Shown in pieces: positions 13,201-25,989 of a stretch of 64,000 nucleotides of DNA. Position 1 is the first letter of the stretch. Every line of letters starts with the position of its first letter. Below the pieces are notes generated by a model. The model was not told the DNA's origin. It saw nothing but the letters and a program-made list of their open reading frames with translations, and did not search any database. The stretch is taken from NCBI GenBank assembly GCA_964247055.1, contig OZ176053.1, positions 7,564,001 through 7,628,000 on the forward strand, read 5' to 3'. A program made the position numbers and the translations under genes. Source of the stretch: Paragordius varius (taxonomy: Eukaryota > Animalia > Nematomorpha).

Positions 13201-13858
13201 CTAAAATATATTGATTTTTTAAATATATATAACGTTGAAATCTATCTAAACAGTGGCAAAAAATAAGAAACGCGACCTATAGCCGTAAATCCGTGGGATG
13301 CGCAAAAAATCTTTTTGCGAAATGACAAAAATAAAGTCAAAGTTTTTGATTCTTCCAATCCAAAACATTGCACAATAGTTTGTTTGTATGTATTATTAAA
13401 ATTAAATACATCGATTTTAATATTTTATGGTAATTATATGTCATGATATATATTTGCGACAACCATGTCCTTCATAAACTATAAAAGAAAGTATCCAAAA
13501 ATGTGCATGTTAAAACTTTTTATCTAGCCATACTAACTTCATTTGCATATAAATATATATTTATTATTTGTTTCCGCAACAAATCGATATCATTCATTGT
13601 AATTCAATAATATCATTAAATATTTATTTTTATTCGATAAAATAAATGTTTAATTTTAAAATGCTATAATACGATATTGTTACTACAATGTAACGTATTT
13701 TACTTTGTTTATTGCCATGAAATAATACTATTTAAAACATAAATGTCAAAGAATTAAATTTATTGCGGTTTATGCTAATTGGTTTATCTCAAAATTTTAA
13801 TTGTGTGTTTTTTTATACGGTCAAAACTTTTTAAAACCCTAATAAAATATGTAAAAAC

Positions 13859-16800
13859 ATGAATATTAATCCTATTAAAATCGTGGTTATTGGTGCACCT
13901 GGTGTCGGAAAAAGTTCCATCATTAATCGATTTTTGCAAGGAAAATTTGACCCAATTCACACCGCGACTACACAAAAATATTCCTATTACACCTCTATGA
14001 TTGTTAATGAAGGGATTTACCATTTAAAAATTAATGATATTCCATCTATTCCATATTTTCCCAAAGATACGCTCGATGAATGGAGTCGGTTCCAGCATTA
14101 TGGTTTGTTGAGTGCAGATGCTTATCTTCTGGTCTTTGACATCAATGCCTTGGAAACGTTTAACTATGTTAGGTTATAAAAAATTGCAGTTATAATATTT
14201 TTATTATTGTAGTGTATATAGTGTTCAAATCTCAGATTTTTATTTTTAAGTTTGTTACTAACATCTACCCTTTAACATTCCATTTTCACCGTTAGAAAGT
14301 ATATTATATCTATTAAATACATAAATTGATTACTGCTAACATATTGAATGAAACATAGGAATGTTTGCCGCTGTTTTTGAATTTAATATTAAGAAAAATT
14401 CTAATTATATGTAGAGTTAGTATGTAAAAATGCTTTTTATCAGTTTACCTAGAGACCGTTTTAGATCTGGTTTAAGCTTTTAATGGTTTTTTTCCAAGAA
14501 TAGCCGGTTTCACGTAAGGATAAATAAACCTGTTCTAATATCTTCAACCATGGCATAAAACTTATGTATAATTGGAAAAAAATCTAACCTACATCAGTGG
14601 TTAAACAGATTAATACTTTGAGTTATAAAACGATTCTCGTATTTTTAGGCATATAAGGGAACAATTAATACATGTACGCAATGAAATTCAATTAATACAC
14701 TCAAATTATGCAAGAAGTGCGGTTGCTTTCTCAGACAGCACATCAATTCCTAACACAAACACAGTAAATAGTGATCAACATAATATTGTGGAAAAATTAA
14801 AAAACCAAAAAATACCAACTTTAGGATTTACTTTACAATCAATAAGCTTGGGGGACCGGAAACACAAAGGAAAAAACAATTTCATATGCCCGATGGACTC
14901 AAAAAACCGTAACAAATTTTCTAATATAAATTCATGGGATATTGCCAAAAAATTGGCAAACTTAAATGATTCTCCCTTAAAATTACTTTCGCCTGTTTCA
15001 AAACGCAAAAATACAAATATCAGTTATGATCATGATTCAAATGAGTTATCGATGGAACCTTTAATTGTGAAGAACAAAAATAAAAAAAATGATATCACCA
15101 ATTTTTATCAAATAAATGAGGCAATTAGCAGTCCGGTTGCCAAAAAAGGTGTTGCCTTCACATCCAATTCGAATTTTGCATATACTCATATGGGTAGGAA
15201 TCCGTCGATAAGTTCGCAAACAGTAAATGCACCGTTTTTTGAAACATCTCTAAATCCCAATTTCGCAATAATATTTATTGGGAATAAGGCTGATCTACTA
15301 GATGGCCATGAAGATTACAATTTTATGTCAACAAAAAGTCAATACCAACATCTAAAATCGCCTTCAGGAACGCCCGCTATAAAACCCATAAGAGGGTTTA
15401 GGATCCGACGAAATCGTCGGTTCGCTGGATTTCGAATAAAACGAATGAAAAAGGATAAAGGATACCAAAGTGTAGCTGCGGGGTTGAGTGAACTGAAAGC
15501 TTTAAATTTGACTGAATTCTCACCACGTCTGCCAAATAGTACACCAAATTTTAAAGTTAATGAGACGCATTTAAAGTAACCAATTAGATTTTCACATTAA
15601 AGCTTTTTTGACAAAAAGGGTGATATAATTAAACACTGTATAATTTTTCCGGATAAAATTACCATACCCGATATAAAATTTTTGTTAAAAAATTAATATT
15701 TTTAGGATGGATTCGAATAAGATTGTAACCGTATGATATAGGATAATGTTCAGAAATAAATATAAAATCAGGTTAAGTTGACTCTAAGCAGGAACTGGAA
15801 CCTTTTTGAAACCATCTGCGCTTAGATACACCAAAACCAAAGTGTAATATAAATTAATTGTCATCAATTTTTTACGAAAAAAATATAACAGAGATTAAGG
15901 ATACTTGTGATAAACATAATCAAAAAAATTTAATTGATGTGTTTTGGCATTATTTATTCATAATTATATGCGATTTTCAATTTGGCCTTAACCAAAAAAA
16001 CTAATCATAAAAAGTAATCAGCTATCAATTTATAAATATTAATATTCATGCACAGTATAATATTGCAAAATTAAAATGTTTCTATCACAACCATATTTGG
16101 TGGCGATTAAATAAAAAATCTTATGTTGAAACCCACATTATATATGTTAGACAGTTACATTACAAAGACAACACACCCTTAAATTATTACAATGTAAAAC
16201 AGCGTAAAGCTGCAAGAAAAGCGGCGGCCCATTTGATTCGCAAAACATGGAAAGAACCCTACATTGAAGGTTGTTCAGCCAAAAAAGATTGGAATATTAC
16301 GGCCATTTTTGCAGAAACTCTCCGATCTGTTATAAAATGCTTACATGCGAATAACTTAAACACATTAACAACAACACCAACTCCCAACACATATCCATCA
16401 ACTGCCATAACCAATGTTAGTAATGATAATATCAATGATGACCTATTTGGTGAGTTAAATAACGCAAGCTCTAATCTCTTACTTAACACAGCTTCCCTAA
16501 GCAATTGTCTTATCCCGTTATCAGGAAAACATGGTAGGTATATGTAATTTATAAATAGATATACTAAATATAGGCGTAGAAAAAGTAAAAATTTATTAAA
16601 GGAACGTGGTCACCTTTAACAATATTTTAAACATAAATTCTTTCGATATGGTATAATATAAGAGTAAGCTGTAAATAAGGGATGATTAGTGTTTGTTTGG
16701 GGACCCTTAGAGTCATAATTCAACACTTTAAATATATTATAGGCTAAATAAAAAATAGAATTGATTATTGTTTTCATAAAATAGGACATACTTTATGACT

Positions 16801-17037
16801 ATAAAAACCTGTTCGCGTTTTCTCTTAATTAATCATATGGATTAATATGAATTTATCGTTTTTAACGTATTTAATCCTTAAACCCCTTTGTTTTGAAATT
16901 ATTTTACAGCCAATGGAAAACACATTCCCAACGCAACTTCCTTTCGTCGTTTAACGAATACGGTCAAAAATACTAGTCTCAAACTAATTTTTGGTGCCAA
17001 AGATGGATTTACATATGGCGGATTTATTCGACGTTAA
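13859..17037 (+). CDS. RASL10: Ras-like protein family member 10-type small GTPase with large low-complexity insertions; exons 13859-14172, 14649-~15575, possible mini-exon 15706-15724, 16203-16533, 16910-17037
   Basis: G1 GAPGVGKS; RASL10-type G3 region INDIPSIPYFPKDTLDEW; ADAYLLVFDI..ETFNYVRHIREQL; G4 IIFIGNKADL; G5 region IRKTWKEPYIEGCSAKKDWNITAIFAETL. Phase-compatible GT-AG junctions; the exon 2/3 junction is uncertain. Confidence 0.85.
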
Positions 17038-17115
17038 ATACAATATATAATAATAATTTTATTTATTTATATTTGTATATAATTCAATATATATATATAT
17101 TTGGACCTGCTTGAT

Positions 17116-19159
17116 TTAGGTTTGCAATAAAGGTGTAAGTACTGTCAAAGATATCATAATTGCTTCCTAAATATAATAAAATATATTTTGTAAAAATAAC
17201 ATAGTCACCATCATAAAATTATCATATAATGGAATACATCCTAATTTTACCAATTCGAAGAATTTTAAAATTTAAACAAAAAAATACAGTCTTTTTGTAT
17301 TTCATATAACGAATAACATATGCATGTCCACTAGACAAAGTTACAATTAATCAATTGCTATAAAAACAACGCATTTTCCGATATCAATTTGGATAAAAGA
17401 ATAATCATTATAACAAAAACTACAAGTAATTAACACATATGCGTAATATTTGGCTAAATTTTGATCGCAAATTTTTAATTAAAAAAACTCTGGTAAAATA
17501 TATTAGAGTAACTTTTATATCTCGGAAAACATGAGTTCAATATGTTTCACATTTTTAAAAAGAAAAATTTTATAATAGTATCGGGCAATTAAGATACACA
17601 ATATTATTACATAAATCTAAGGCGCATTTTTAAGATTGTACAAAAAAATGAGGGTTTTAAATTAAAAAGAATTAGCAGAGCCTAACATTCTCAATAAAAT
17701 TGATTATACAATATTTAAAATTTACCAAAACCAAAAAATGCAAAATATATAAGAAATTTTATTTTACTTCGGTTCTAATGGTGCCACTCCCCTGTTTGGG
17801 ACATGTATTGATGTAAAAATCAAAAAAATTTCTGGCATTGATAGATTTTTGTTTAAATGTTGGGTCTTGTTCGAATGCATATTCCAAACCCTTTAAACCA
17901 CCAAATACGATTAAAGGATGTCTAATGCATAAAATGAAATATATAGCCACGTAATAAATGCAATAGCCCAAGGAAAATAATAAAGAAGAAGATATACTTG
18001 CAAGTATTCAACTTTTCTTGAAAATCAGGAGAAGAGGTTAAATTTTGTAGTGAATCACCTTTATCGGATGTTCCAACAATTAAGTCATATCTATAATGCT
18101 ATATGCACATAATTACTTATATTTGTCAGGTTCGAAGATTTGATGAAATTTATGTGCAATCCGTACATTATAACCCCAAAATTTATTTAGTGTTTGTTTT
18201 GCTTCTAGTGGAGAAACTATTGTACCTTTAAACTTTTTGGGTATTTTTATATTAGAGTCTTTGTTAGCGTCATTTTCAATAAAAGATACAATGCCATCTT
18301 TGACTCTACCGTTCATTTTGACACCACTATTATCGTTTGGATCTGTTGATGAAGAAAAATTGTTTTTAAAGTTCTGTGAACCAATGTTGTATGTTGGAGC
18401 TGATAATTTGGAAAAATTATCAATGCGCACAGTTATGCGGGTATTTATGGGTAATTTTTGATCCAAGTGAATTAGTTTATCCAAACCAATATTGGCTACA
18501 CTAGACTTCGGAATTTCTTCCTCATCATCTATGTCTACACCTTCAAAATTTTTATTGCAATTTTGTTTAACTATAACACCTTCACGATACTCACATAAAG
18601 CATCTTTCCTTAAATGATGAGGACAGTCCAATGGATTAAGTAAACCTGTATATATATATATATATATATGCAAAATAATAATTTTGTATAATCCATTATA
18701 TTGATATTTATATTTTACCTACAAACTGAAGATTGGGATGATGAGGAAATAAAGATTTACGCAAGTATTGGGGACATTCAAGATATTGCAAAACATGAGC
18801 TATTTCTATACAATCCATGGACAGACTAGCAAACTTGGCGTGTCGGTCCTCGAATATAACTATTTCATCGATGTTAAAAATAGTTGCACTGCGTGCAATT
18901 TGTCCTATTAAATATGTTTTTAAAATTTTTGACTGAGAATTAGATAAAATAGATGCAGGAACTGCGATGGAAATGGTTTTAGAATAAGGTTTTATCCCTA
19001 TATGTTAAAATATAAAACTTTTGTCCAATATCTTAATTAATTTGTTTTCTCGAAGTTTCTTCCGTTCTTTTTTCTTTTTTATACTAATTAATTTAATTTT
19101 TTTCGGCTTAATATAGGACCAAATCTTTTTACCTGAAGAATATCCAACTGAGATTCCAT
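17116..19159 (-). CDS. SPOUT1: SPOUT domain methyltransferase (C9orf114/CENP-32); exons 19159-19133, 19106-19019, 18997-18719, 18645-18117, 18090-17998, 17921-17768, 17166-17116 (~406 aa)
   Basis: ISIAVPASILSNSQ...YLIGQIARSATIFNIDEIVIF...LQYLECPQYLRKSLFPHHPNLQFVGLLNPLDCPHHLR...YREGVI...FWGYNVR...YDLIVGTSDKG...HPLIVFGG...INTCPKQGSGTIRTEEAIMISL. All phases are consistent; the first exon and start codon are less certain. Confidence 0.92.
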
Positions 19160-20489
19160 GCGGTCTATAATTTAAAAGTGCAAATCTGTTTTGATATCCT
19201 ATACATAGTGAAAATCGAGAGCTAAAAAATATTGAATGCTTATATATTTATCTAAACAATATGTAAGGATTTTCATGATGTCTTTAAATTTGTTATAAGC
19301 CTTTTAACGCTTAATTACTTTTTGTTGTAAGCAATGACTTCCTACGCCAGAGCTAGTGGTGTAGCTGGGGGGCTGATTCACCGGGCGCTATAAATTAAGG
19401 GGGCCGGATTTTCATTTTTTTGATTTTAAAAATATACGTATTCAATATTATTTTAAATAATACATAAAAAATTACGCGTCTTGTCCTTTACCAACCTACT
19501 TTTCATATCCTTAATTTATTATATATCTATTTATCTTCAAGCGCCTACCTTTCTTAACCTCAGCCTGTTTATATCACTTATGGAATCTAACTTCAAATTT
19601 GCCTTTAAATCACCAAAATTAATTATAAGGATAAGATAATTATTAATTTTATGTTATATTTCTTTCAAAATTATATTTATTGCTTGCTCAATGCCACCCA
19701 TCTTATATAATTACCAACTTAGGTCAAGATCGAGTTTGGTATTGCAGTTCAACTGTTTTTTAATTGCTACAGTCACCATTTTTTAGTTGTGGGTTTATAT
19801 ATATATTCAATAATTACAAAGCAAATTACAGATATTGGTCTTTGTTTTGCTAATAATACACCTATTAAACAAATCGATATTTAATTTATAACGCATCCTT
19901 AATAAGTATTTATATAAAAAGAAGAAAGGATTCTTATTGTAAAATTATTTCACGGAAAATGGGCATTTAATTTTAAGATTTTTTCGAGAATCCAATTTTT
20001 TTGCGGTCACGGAATATATTTAGCAAATTTTTATATGCCATGTTCTTAAATATTAGCAGGGTTTTTGTATAAATTTTATCCACTTTTGTATCTACCCAAT
20101 GAATAGATTAATTAGCCAAAATTTATCAAATTAACAATCTATAGCAAAAACAAAGGTTTGAATTACATATAAAACCTAAATTTTATACATAAATAGTTTC
20201 CAAAATAATTTTATCCATATTTTTAAATCTGTCAAGTGTGCCCCGCACGACACTTGCACAATCTCATATGATTTTTTATCACTTCCGAATCAAGTTTTCT
20301 TGCTTGACTTAAGTGGTGTAATTTTTTTATCACATCAAAGCAAGCCATGACTTGAAAAACTTGCAAGTCAAGTCAAAAAAAATTTTTATCACCTGACCCA
20401 TATTTTCATTATCGCGCGATCTAGGGCACTATTGCGTTCATTTTAACTAGCCCATTTTAAAAGGTCAAAAATTAAAGACTTTCGGAGCC

Positions 20490-21110
20490 TAAGTGAAAAA
20501 ATTATTTAACAAAATATAGAGCAGTTACCATAAAAATGTAAATCCTCGTTGATTATGTTGTCGTTGGAATATCTCACGAAGAGCGCAGATTGAGGGGTTT
20601 AACTAATATTATGGCTATAATCAATAGCAATACCAGAATATTTGCAGTTTTTCAGAGCTATTGTTAAATATACATTTAGATAAATCTTCAATGCGTCGAG
20701 CACATATTGAATCAGAAAGGTAAAGTTTTTCTAATTTGCCTCATGATTTCTTTATTATAAAATTTATCTAAAAAAGTGCAATCATTTATTAGACAATCTT
20801 TAATTGGGAATCAGTAAACGGATTCATATTTTTTTCTAAAATATATCAAATTTCATACGATGCTAATGTTACAGCTTTTTCCTGGGAGAAAGCTCTAGAC
20901 ATAATAAATTTTTCTTTCTGGTATAATTCCTTAATATTTTTATATTTTTCGTTTCTTTCCTCATAATTTTCTGGTAATTTATGAAAATGATGGATTGTAA
21001 AATGTCTTTCAATATTATATTTAGGCAGGTAAAACGACAAATAATTTGTCTTCCCATTAAAGGAACGATTTTCATCGGATAATTTATCTTTTTTTAGCAT
21101 CAGATGTCAT
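20490..21110 (-). mobile_element. hAT (Charlie/SPIN, GTF2IRD2-like) transposase remnant
   Basis: ORF 20846-21100 ...SDENRSFN...KYNIERHF...AVTLASYEI resembles the BED-containing N-terminus. Downstream YSGIAIDYSHNIS*TPQSALFVRY matches the xALDESTD...QLAIFVR catalytic region. Confidence 0.7.
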
Positions 21111-21924
21111 CCTTTGAATTTATGTGTAAATAATATGTAATTTTTTCAAAAAAATAGGATTATAATTTGAATTAGGCTAAAAACAGGTCGAAATTTGATG
21201 ATGTTAATTTGAAAAATATTTTATGAGAATGAGTGATAAAAAATGATGCAGGATAGCAATAAAAAGAATATGTATAAGTTGGAAGCCTTGCTTAAATCCA
21301 AAAAAGAAGGGCAATAAAAATTTCAAAATAGAAAAGAAAATAGAATACAGCAACAGAAACAAGGTAGGCTTAAATTTTGAAATCATTATAATGTAGGGAA
21401 ATTTTTCTACCTTTCAAATTGGGTAAAAAGTAAATACCAAAATAAAATCTAAAGAAAACAAATTGATATTAAAATAAGCAAAAATTCATTTATGTTGATT
21501 TTAAAAATTCATCAATAAAAAAATAATTTAAGTATCAATATGGTCATAGGGCAATTTTAAAGCACTCTAAGGGCCGCGGTTTACATATCACTGACTTAGA
21601 TTTAAAGATGAAATAATCTCTTAATAAATAGAGGCGATATAAATGTTCAGCAATTGGATAATAGAAAAGTATCATATATCAAAGGGTTGTTATATCGGTA
21701 CTATGCTTATAAAAGCGCTTCAATAATTTTTTGTTAAAAAATATTTTTTAACACTTCATTACCTTTTCGTTATTTTGGGCGATTACATTACGAGAAGATA
21801 ACCTTTTAAAACTACCATTTAAAGGTTATTTTAGAAATATATAATTAGCAAATTATCAAAGAATGCATATTAAAATGGCCAATTCGAATTAATCGATTCT
21901 GTGGTAAACTACCCAAAAATCAGG

Positions 21925-22965
21925 TAAAATTTTTGCCTTTGTATGGGACCTTCTTATTAGACTCATAGGTTTTCTGAATGGCTCCAAAGGTATGCTGTAT
22001 CAATAAGGTGACGCAGTTTTACGCGGGTAGCCCCCTAACCAGGGACCAAACAATAAAAAAGCTCGATTAAAATTTTTGCTTTAATCAGGATACCTGGAGT
22101 CATGATTGATTCCATATGCTCTTGTGGGATTTTCAAAAAATTTCCTCAAAACCAATAGGTCACTCTATGCTGACGCATTTCAGGGCAAGTGCCTAATTCA
22201 GGGGTAATTTAATAAAACCGCTCTACTTAAATTTTTGCCTTTTTACGAGTAATATTTCAAGCCCTTATTGAACTCATATGGTTTGATAAGTTTTCTAAAA
22301 TTTACCTCCAAAGTCACGCTGTATCGATATGGTGGCGCAGTTGTTGGCGGGTAGCCCCCTATCCAGAGGCCAATATAAAAATGACGTTAGATAATAAATT
22401 TGAGGGAATACCTGGAATCCTCATTCATTCCTTATGTTCTTAATAATTTTTGGAAGAATGGCTTCAAAACTAAATAATAGTTCAATGATAGCGCATTTAT
22501 TAGGGAGTAAAGGGCCTAATTAACGGCTAATTAAAAAATCCACTCGGCTTAAATTTTTTCAGTTTTTTGAAAATTTCCTAAACAAGGCGATTTCGATATG
22601 GTGGCGTGGTTTTAGGCGGGTAGTTCCCTACTCAGAGGCTGTTACAAAAAAAGCGCTTGTTTAAAATTTTTGCCTTTTTACGGAGAATACCTGGCATGAT
22701 TGATTCGATATTCTCTCATTAGTGTATACAAAATAATCATTGTATGGTGGCGCATTTTTCAGGACGTGAAGGGCCTAATTAACGGCAAATTTTTGCCTTG
22801 TTACGGGTATTTTAAGCACCTATTGAACTTATATGACCTGATAGGTTTTCTGAAATTTAGCCCCAAGTTTTTAGCGAGTATCTCCTTACCCAGCACCCAT
22901 TATAAAAAAACGCACGACTAAAATTTTTGCCTTTTAACAGGGAATATCTGTTATTAAATGTTTAC
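21925..22965. repeat. Degenerate tandem array (~260-320 bp units, each a dimer of ~140 bp subunits)
   Basis: gcgggtag(c/t)cccta motif at ~22023, 22347, 22616, 22874; aaatttttgcc recurs about every 120-160 bp. More diverged units at ~23380-23900. Confidence 0.75.
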
Positions 22966-23350
22966 GGTCTCATACTCTGGGTGAAAAATAGATTCAAAAA
23001 ATTATTTTTGTGGACTTAGATGGCATTTTACGGGGGGAGCGGGTAAAAAGAGGGCCTAAATTAAAAAAGCGAGCCGATTATGTTCGGCGCAATCGAAAAT
23101 AAGTAAAAAGAATCATATTTGAAATCGATTGGTCCAACACGATTTCCGGAAAATTGTCTCAAAGAATAATTTTTGTCGACTTTTTCAAAAAAACCGTTTT
23201 TTTTTACACGGGGTGGGCCCGAACTGGGGGCCTCTTGTCGGGGCATTCATTAATAATTATATTTTTTCGACATTTGGATTTAAATCAGTCTACCGGTTTT
23301 CCGGAAATAGATCACAAAGCCATCTTTTTCCATTTTTATAATAATATAGA
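22870..23350 (-). mobile_element. Helitron-like element 5' part running into the tandem array
   Basis: Reverse complement starts A|TCTATATTATTATAAAAATGG and aligns with 7365-7860, including the segment 7747-7860. Confidence 0.7.
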
Positions 23351-24725
23351 TTTAGCTCATTTTAAGAGATTAAGGCTAATTTAAAAATGGCGCTTGTAAA
23401 ATTCCTGACTTTATACAGAAGATGCCAATGACTTATTGAATTTATATGGTCTAAGTTTTCCAAAAAACTCCAAAGCTTCGTTACTAGATGATGCATATTC
23501 AACAGAATTTAAAGCTATACCGAGCGACAAGTTTAAAAACGCTGGAACAAAATTTGCCTTTATACATGGAATACCTAAATCCACTCTGAATTTATGTTAA
23601 ATTATAACTTGGGAAAAAAAGTGCCAAAAAATCATTTTTGAGACATGATATCACTTGAAATGATTTATCGAGTAAGCGGCTAATTACGGAATCCATAAAA
23701 GACTCGAATATGTTTGGCGCATTCGTAAAAATTTAAAAATCATAAAATTTATGCCAACATTATTTTTGAAGTTATTTTTTGTACAAACCTTTTTCACATG
23801 AAATGGCTCTCAACTGATAGAGCCTAATTTAAAAAATTGGCTCAATCATGCTTGGAGTATTTAGGATTAATAAAAACTTTCGGATTTTAATTTAAATAAG
23901 CGTTCACGTTTCCGACATAATTGTATAAAGCTATTAATAGAATATTGGCGGTGATTTAATTAAGGAAATTATATTAATAATTTCCCCTTTATTATACATT
24001 TTGCTGATATTTCATTGCAAACAGGCGCCACTGTATTTTTTAAATATGTAACTATTAAAAATGAAAAATCAAACATACCAACAAAAATACAAGTTAAATC
24101 CCATGTTAACTAAAATACCGAAATCGCCAATAATATCTTTTGTTTATATTTTAAAACTTTTTGGCCTACTTTATATAATATACAATAATAGGTTAAATGT
24201 AATTTATGTAAATGTATTAAACAGATGGCGTATTTTTAAATTAAAATATTATTGTATTTAACCAAAAGTAATTTTAATACGCTCTTATCATTATGAGTCT
24301 CATGTACTTCAATATTTTATATAAAAGGCATCATCAGCGCCTGTTATTCCTCCAAAACTTGTAAACTTAATATATATACGAAATCATTACGTTTAAATTT
24401 CGGACCTAAAGCACTCTCTTCTATCTTCTAAAAATTGTTCTTTTCATTCAATAATATACTTTACAAACAATTAATTATAATGTTAAAGCATGTAACTGAT
24501 TGATTGATTATAAATAATTTCACAAAACAGATGTTTATGAAAAAATGGTCTTTCAACACAAGTACACAGGGGCTCCCCTCCCTCTAAAACAAATTCGAAA
24601 TAATTATAATTGAATTCAGCAGTAAACCATATCGTAACATCATTTATGATTCATTATATACATTAAATATTAATAATTATAACTTGCTTTGCCTAATTAA
24701 TTATAATTACATAAATTGATAATTA

Positions 24726-24960
24726 ACGATAAACAATCAGTTGTGTTGGCGTTTATGTTTATGTTGCATAGTGTTGTTGCTCGTTAACTCTCATCTCCCC
24801 AACTCATGTCTCTGCGTGTGTGTGATCAGCTGTTTTGCAATCATCTGTGCGAAGCGACTAGCCGCCGCCGACCTTTGGAGCGTTGTTGTGGTTGAGATAA
24901 GATTAACTATACATATTATAATATATATTTGTGCTTTGTTTGCCGTAAATTTCTGCTAAT
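24726..24960. promoter_or_regulatory. GC-richer non-repeat island with clustered E-boxes (putative promoter/enhancer or 5' UTR exon)
   Basis: CAGTTG 24738, CAGCTG 24827, CATCTG 24842, plus (GT)n and GCCGCCGCC, in an otherwise very AT-rich background. Confidence 0.35.
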
Positions 24961-25989
24961 AGAAAATGTCGTCTCAAGCAAAAGCCGAATGAACATTCAA
25001 AGGGGAACAGTATCATTAATGAATAAAATTAATTAAAATTCTTTCACAACACTTGAAACATTTAATAATTCTATAGGACCTTTTACAAAAACAATCTCAA
25101 TCAAGTTAATCTGTAAAATGGTTTTATAGGACAAACTTAACGCAAAACAACCAAACTCTAACTGTAACTGTATAGTAACTAATCTTAATCATTGTTAAAA
25201 ATTATGCATAATTAATTATGAAGTTTATTCATCATCGCATCGCAAGCTATTTCTCTCATTCATAAAATATATCTATAGATTACAACGCAGCTATCTATTT
25301 ACTCATAAATATTGCATATGCTCGTCTCTTCTAAGATATTGTAAACATTTATTCAAGAAAGCAACCCGAGTATGGATTGAGTTGGCTCTCACTTCGCCAC
25401 AGAAGTGATGATGTCTCTCTATCCTACGAAGGTGTATTTGGTTAAGGGTAAGCGTGCTTATGGGTCCACCCGGCCACTGTCATAGTCTCAAGATACATGT
25501 GGAGACTGGCCACCTTTTTTTATAAATAATTGATACGACCTTGAGACATAGTAGGTAGGGTGGACTCTTCCTGGTCAGGTGAATGGTAAAGCTTTTATCA
25601 GTCGTGACATTTAAACTGTATATTTTTTTACTGAATTCCCATGGTGCTGTGTAACTTGAACAAAAATTAGCATTAACACGTTATTTTATATATAGTGGCC
25701 TATATTACTGATGAAGCCTCACCCATTTATTCTACACGTTTTCCGAAAAATTGTCTCATTCAACATTCTGCATCAAGCAATCAGTTAAATTTTAATTATT
25801 TCTTAAATAGGTGCTGCGTAAACACAAAGGTACATTTCGTACAAAAAATGTAAAAAAGGCCAACTCGATGTTAGCTCAAAAAGGGTTTTATTGTAAACAA
25901 AAACTTAATTATATTGATAATTTCTAAATTTGTAATAAATGTTTGTTAATGCGTCCCTAAAGCAGTGATATTCAAACTGCAACCATCGT

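Noticed and set aside
25400-25420. GTGATGA C-box-like motif suggesting a C/D snoRNA
   Set aside because: No CTGA D box with a terminal stem at a suitable distance; not intronic in a known gene.
25707-25760. CTGATGA hammerhead-core-like motif
   Set aside because: No stem II closing with a following GAAA, and no stem III.
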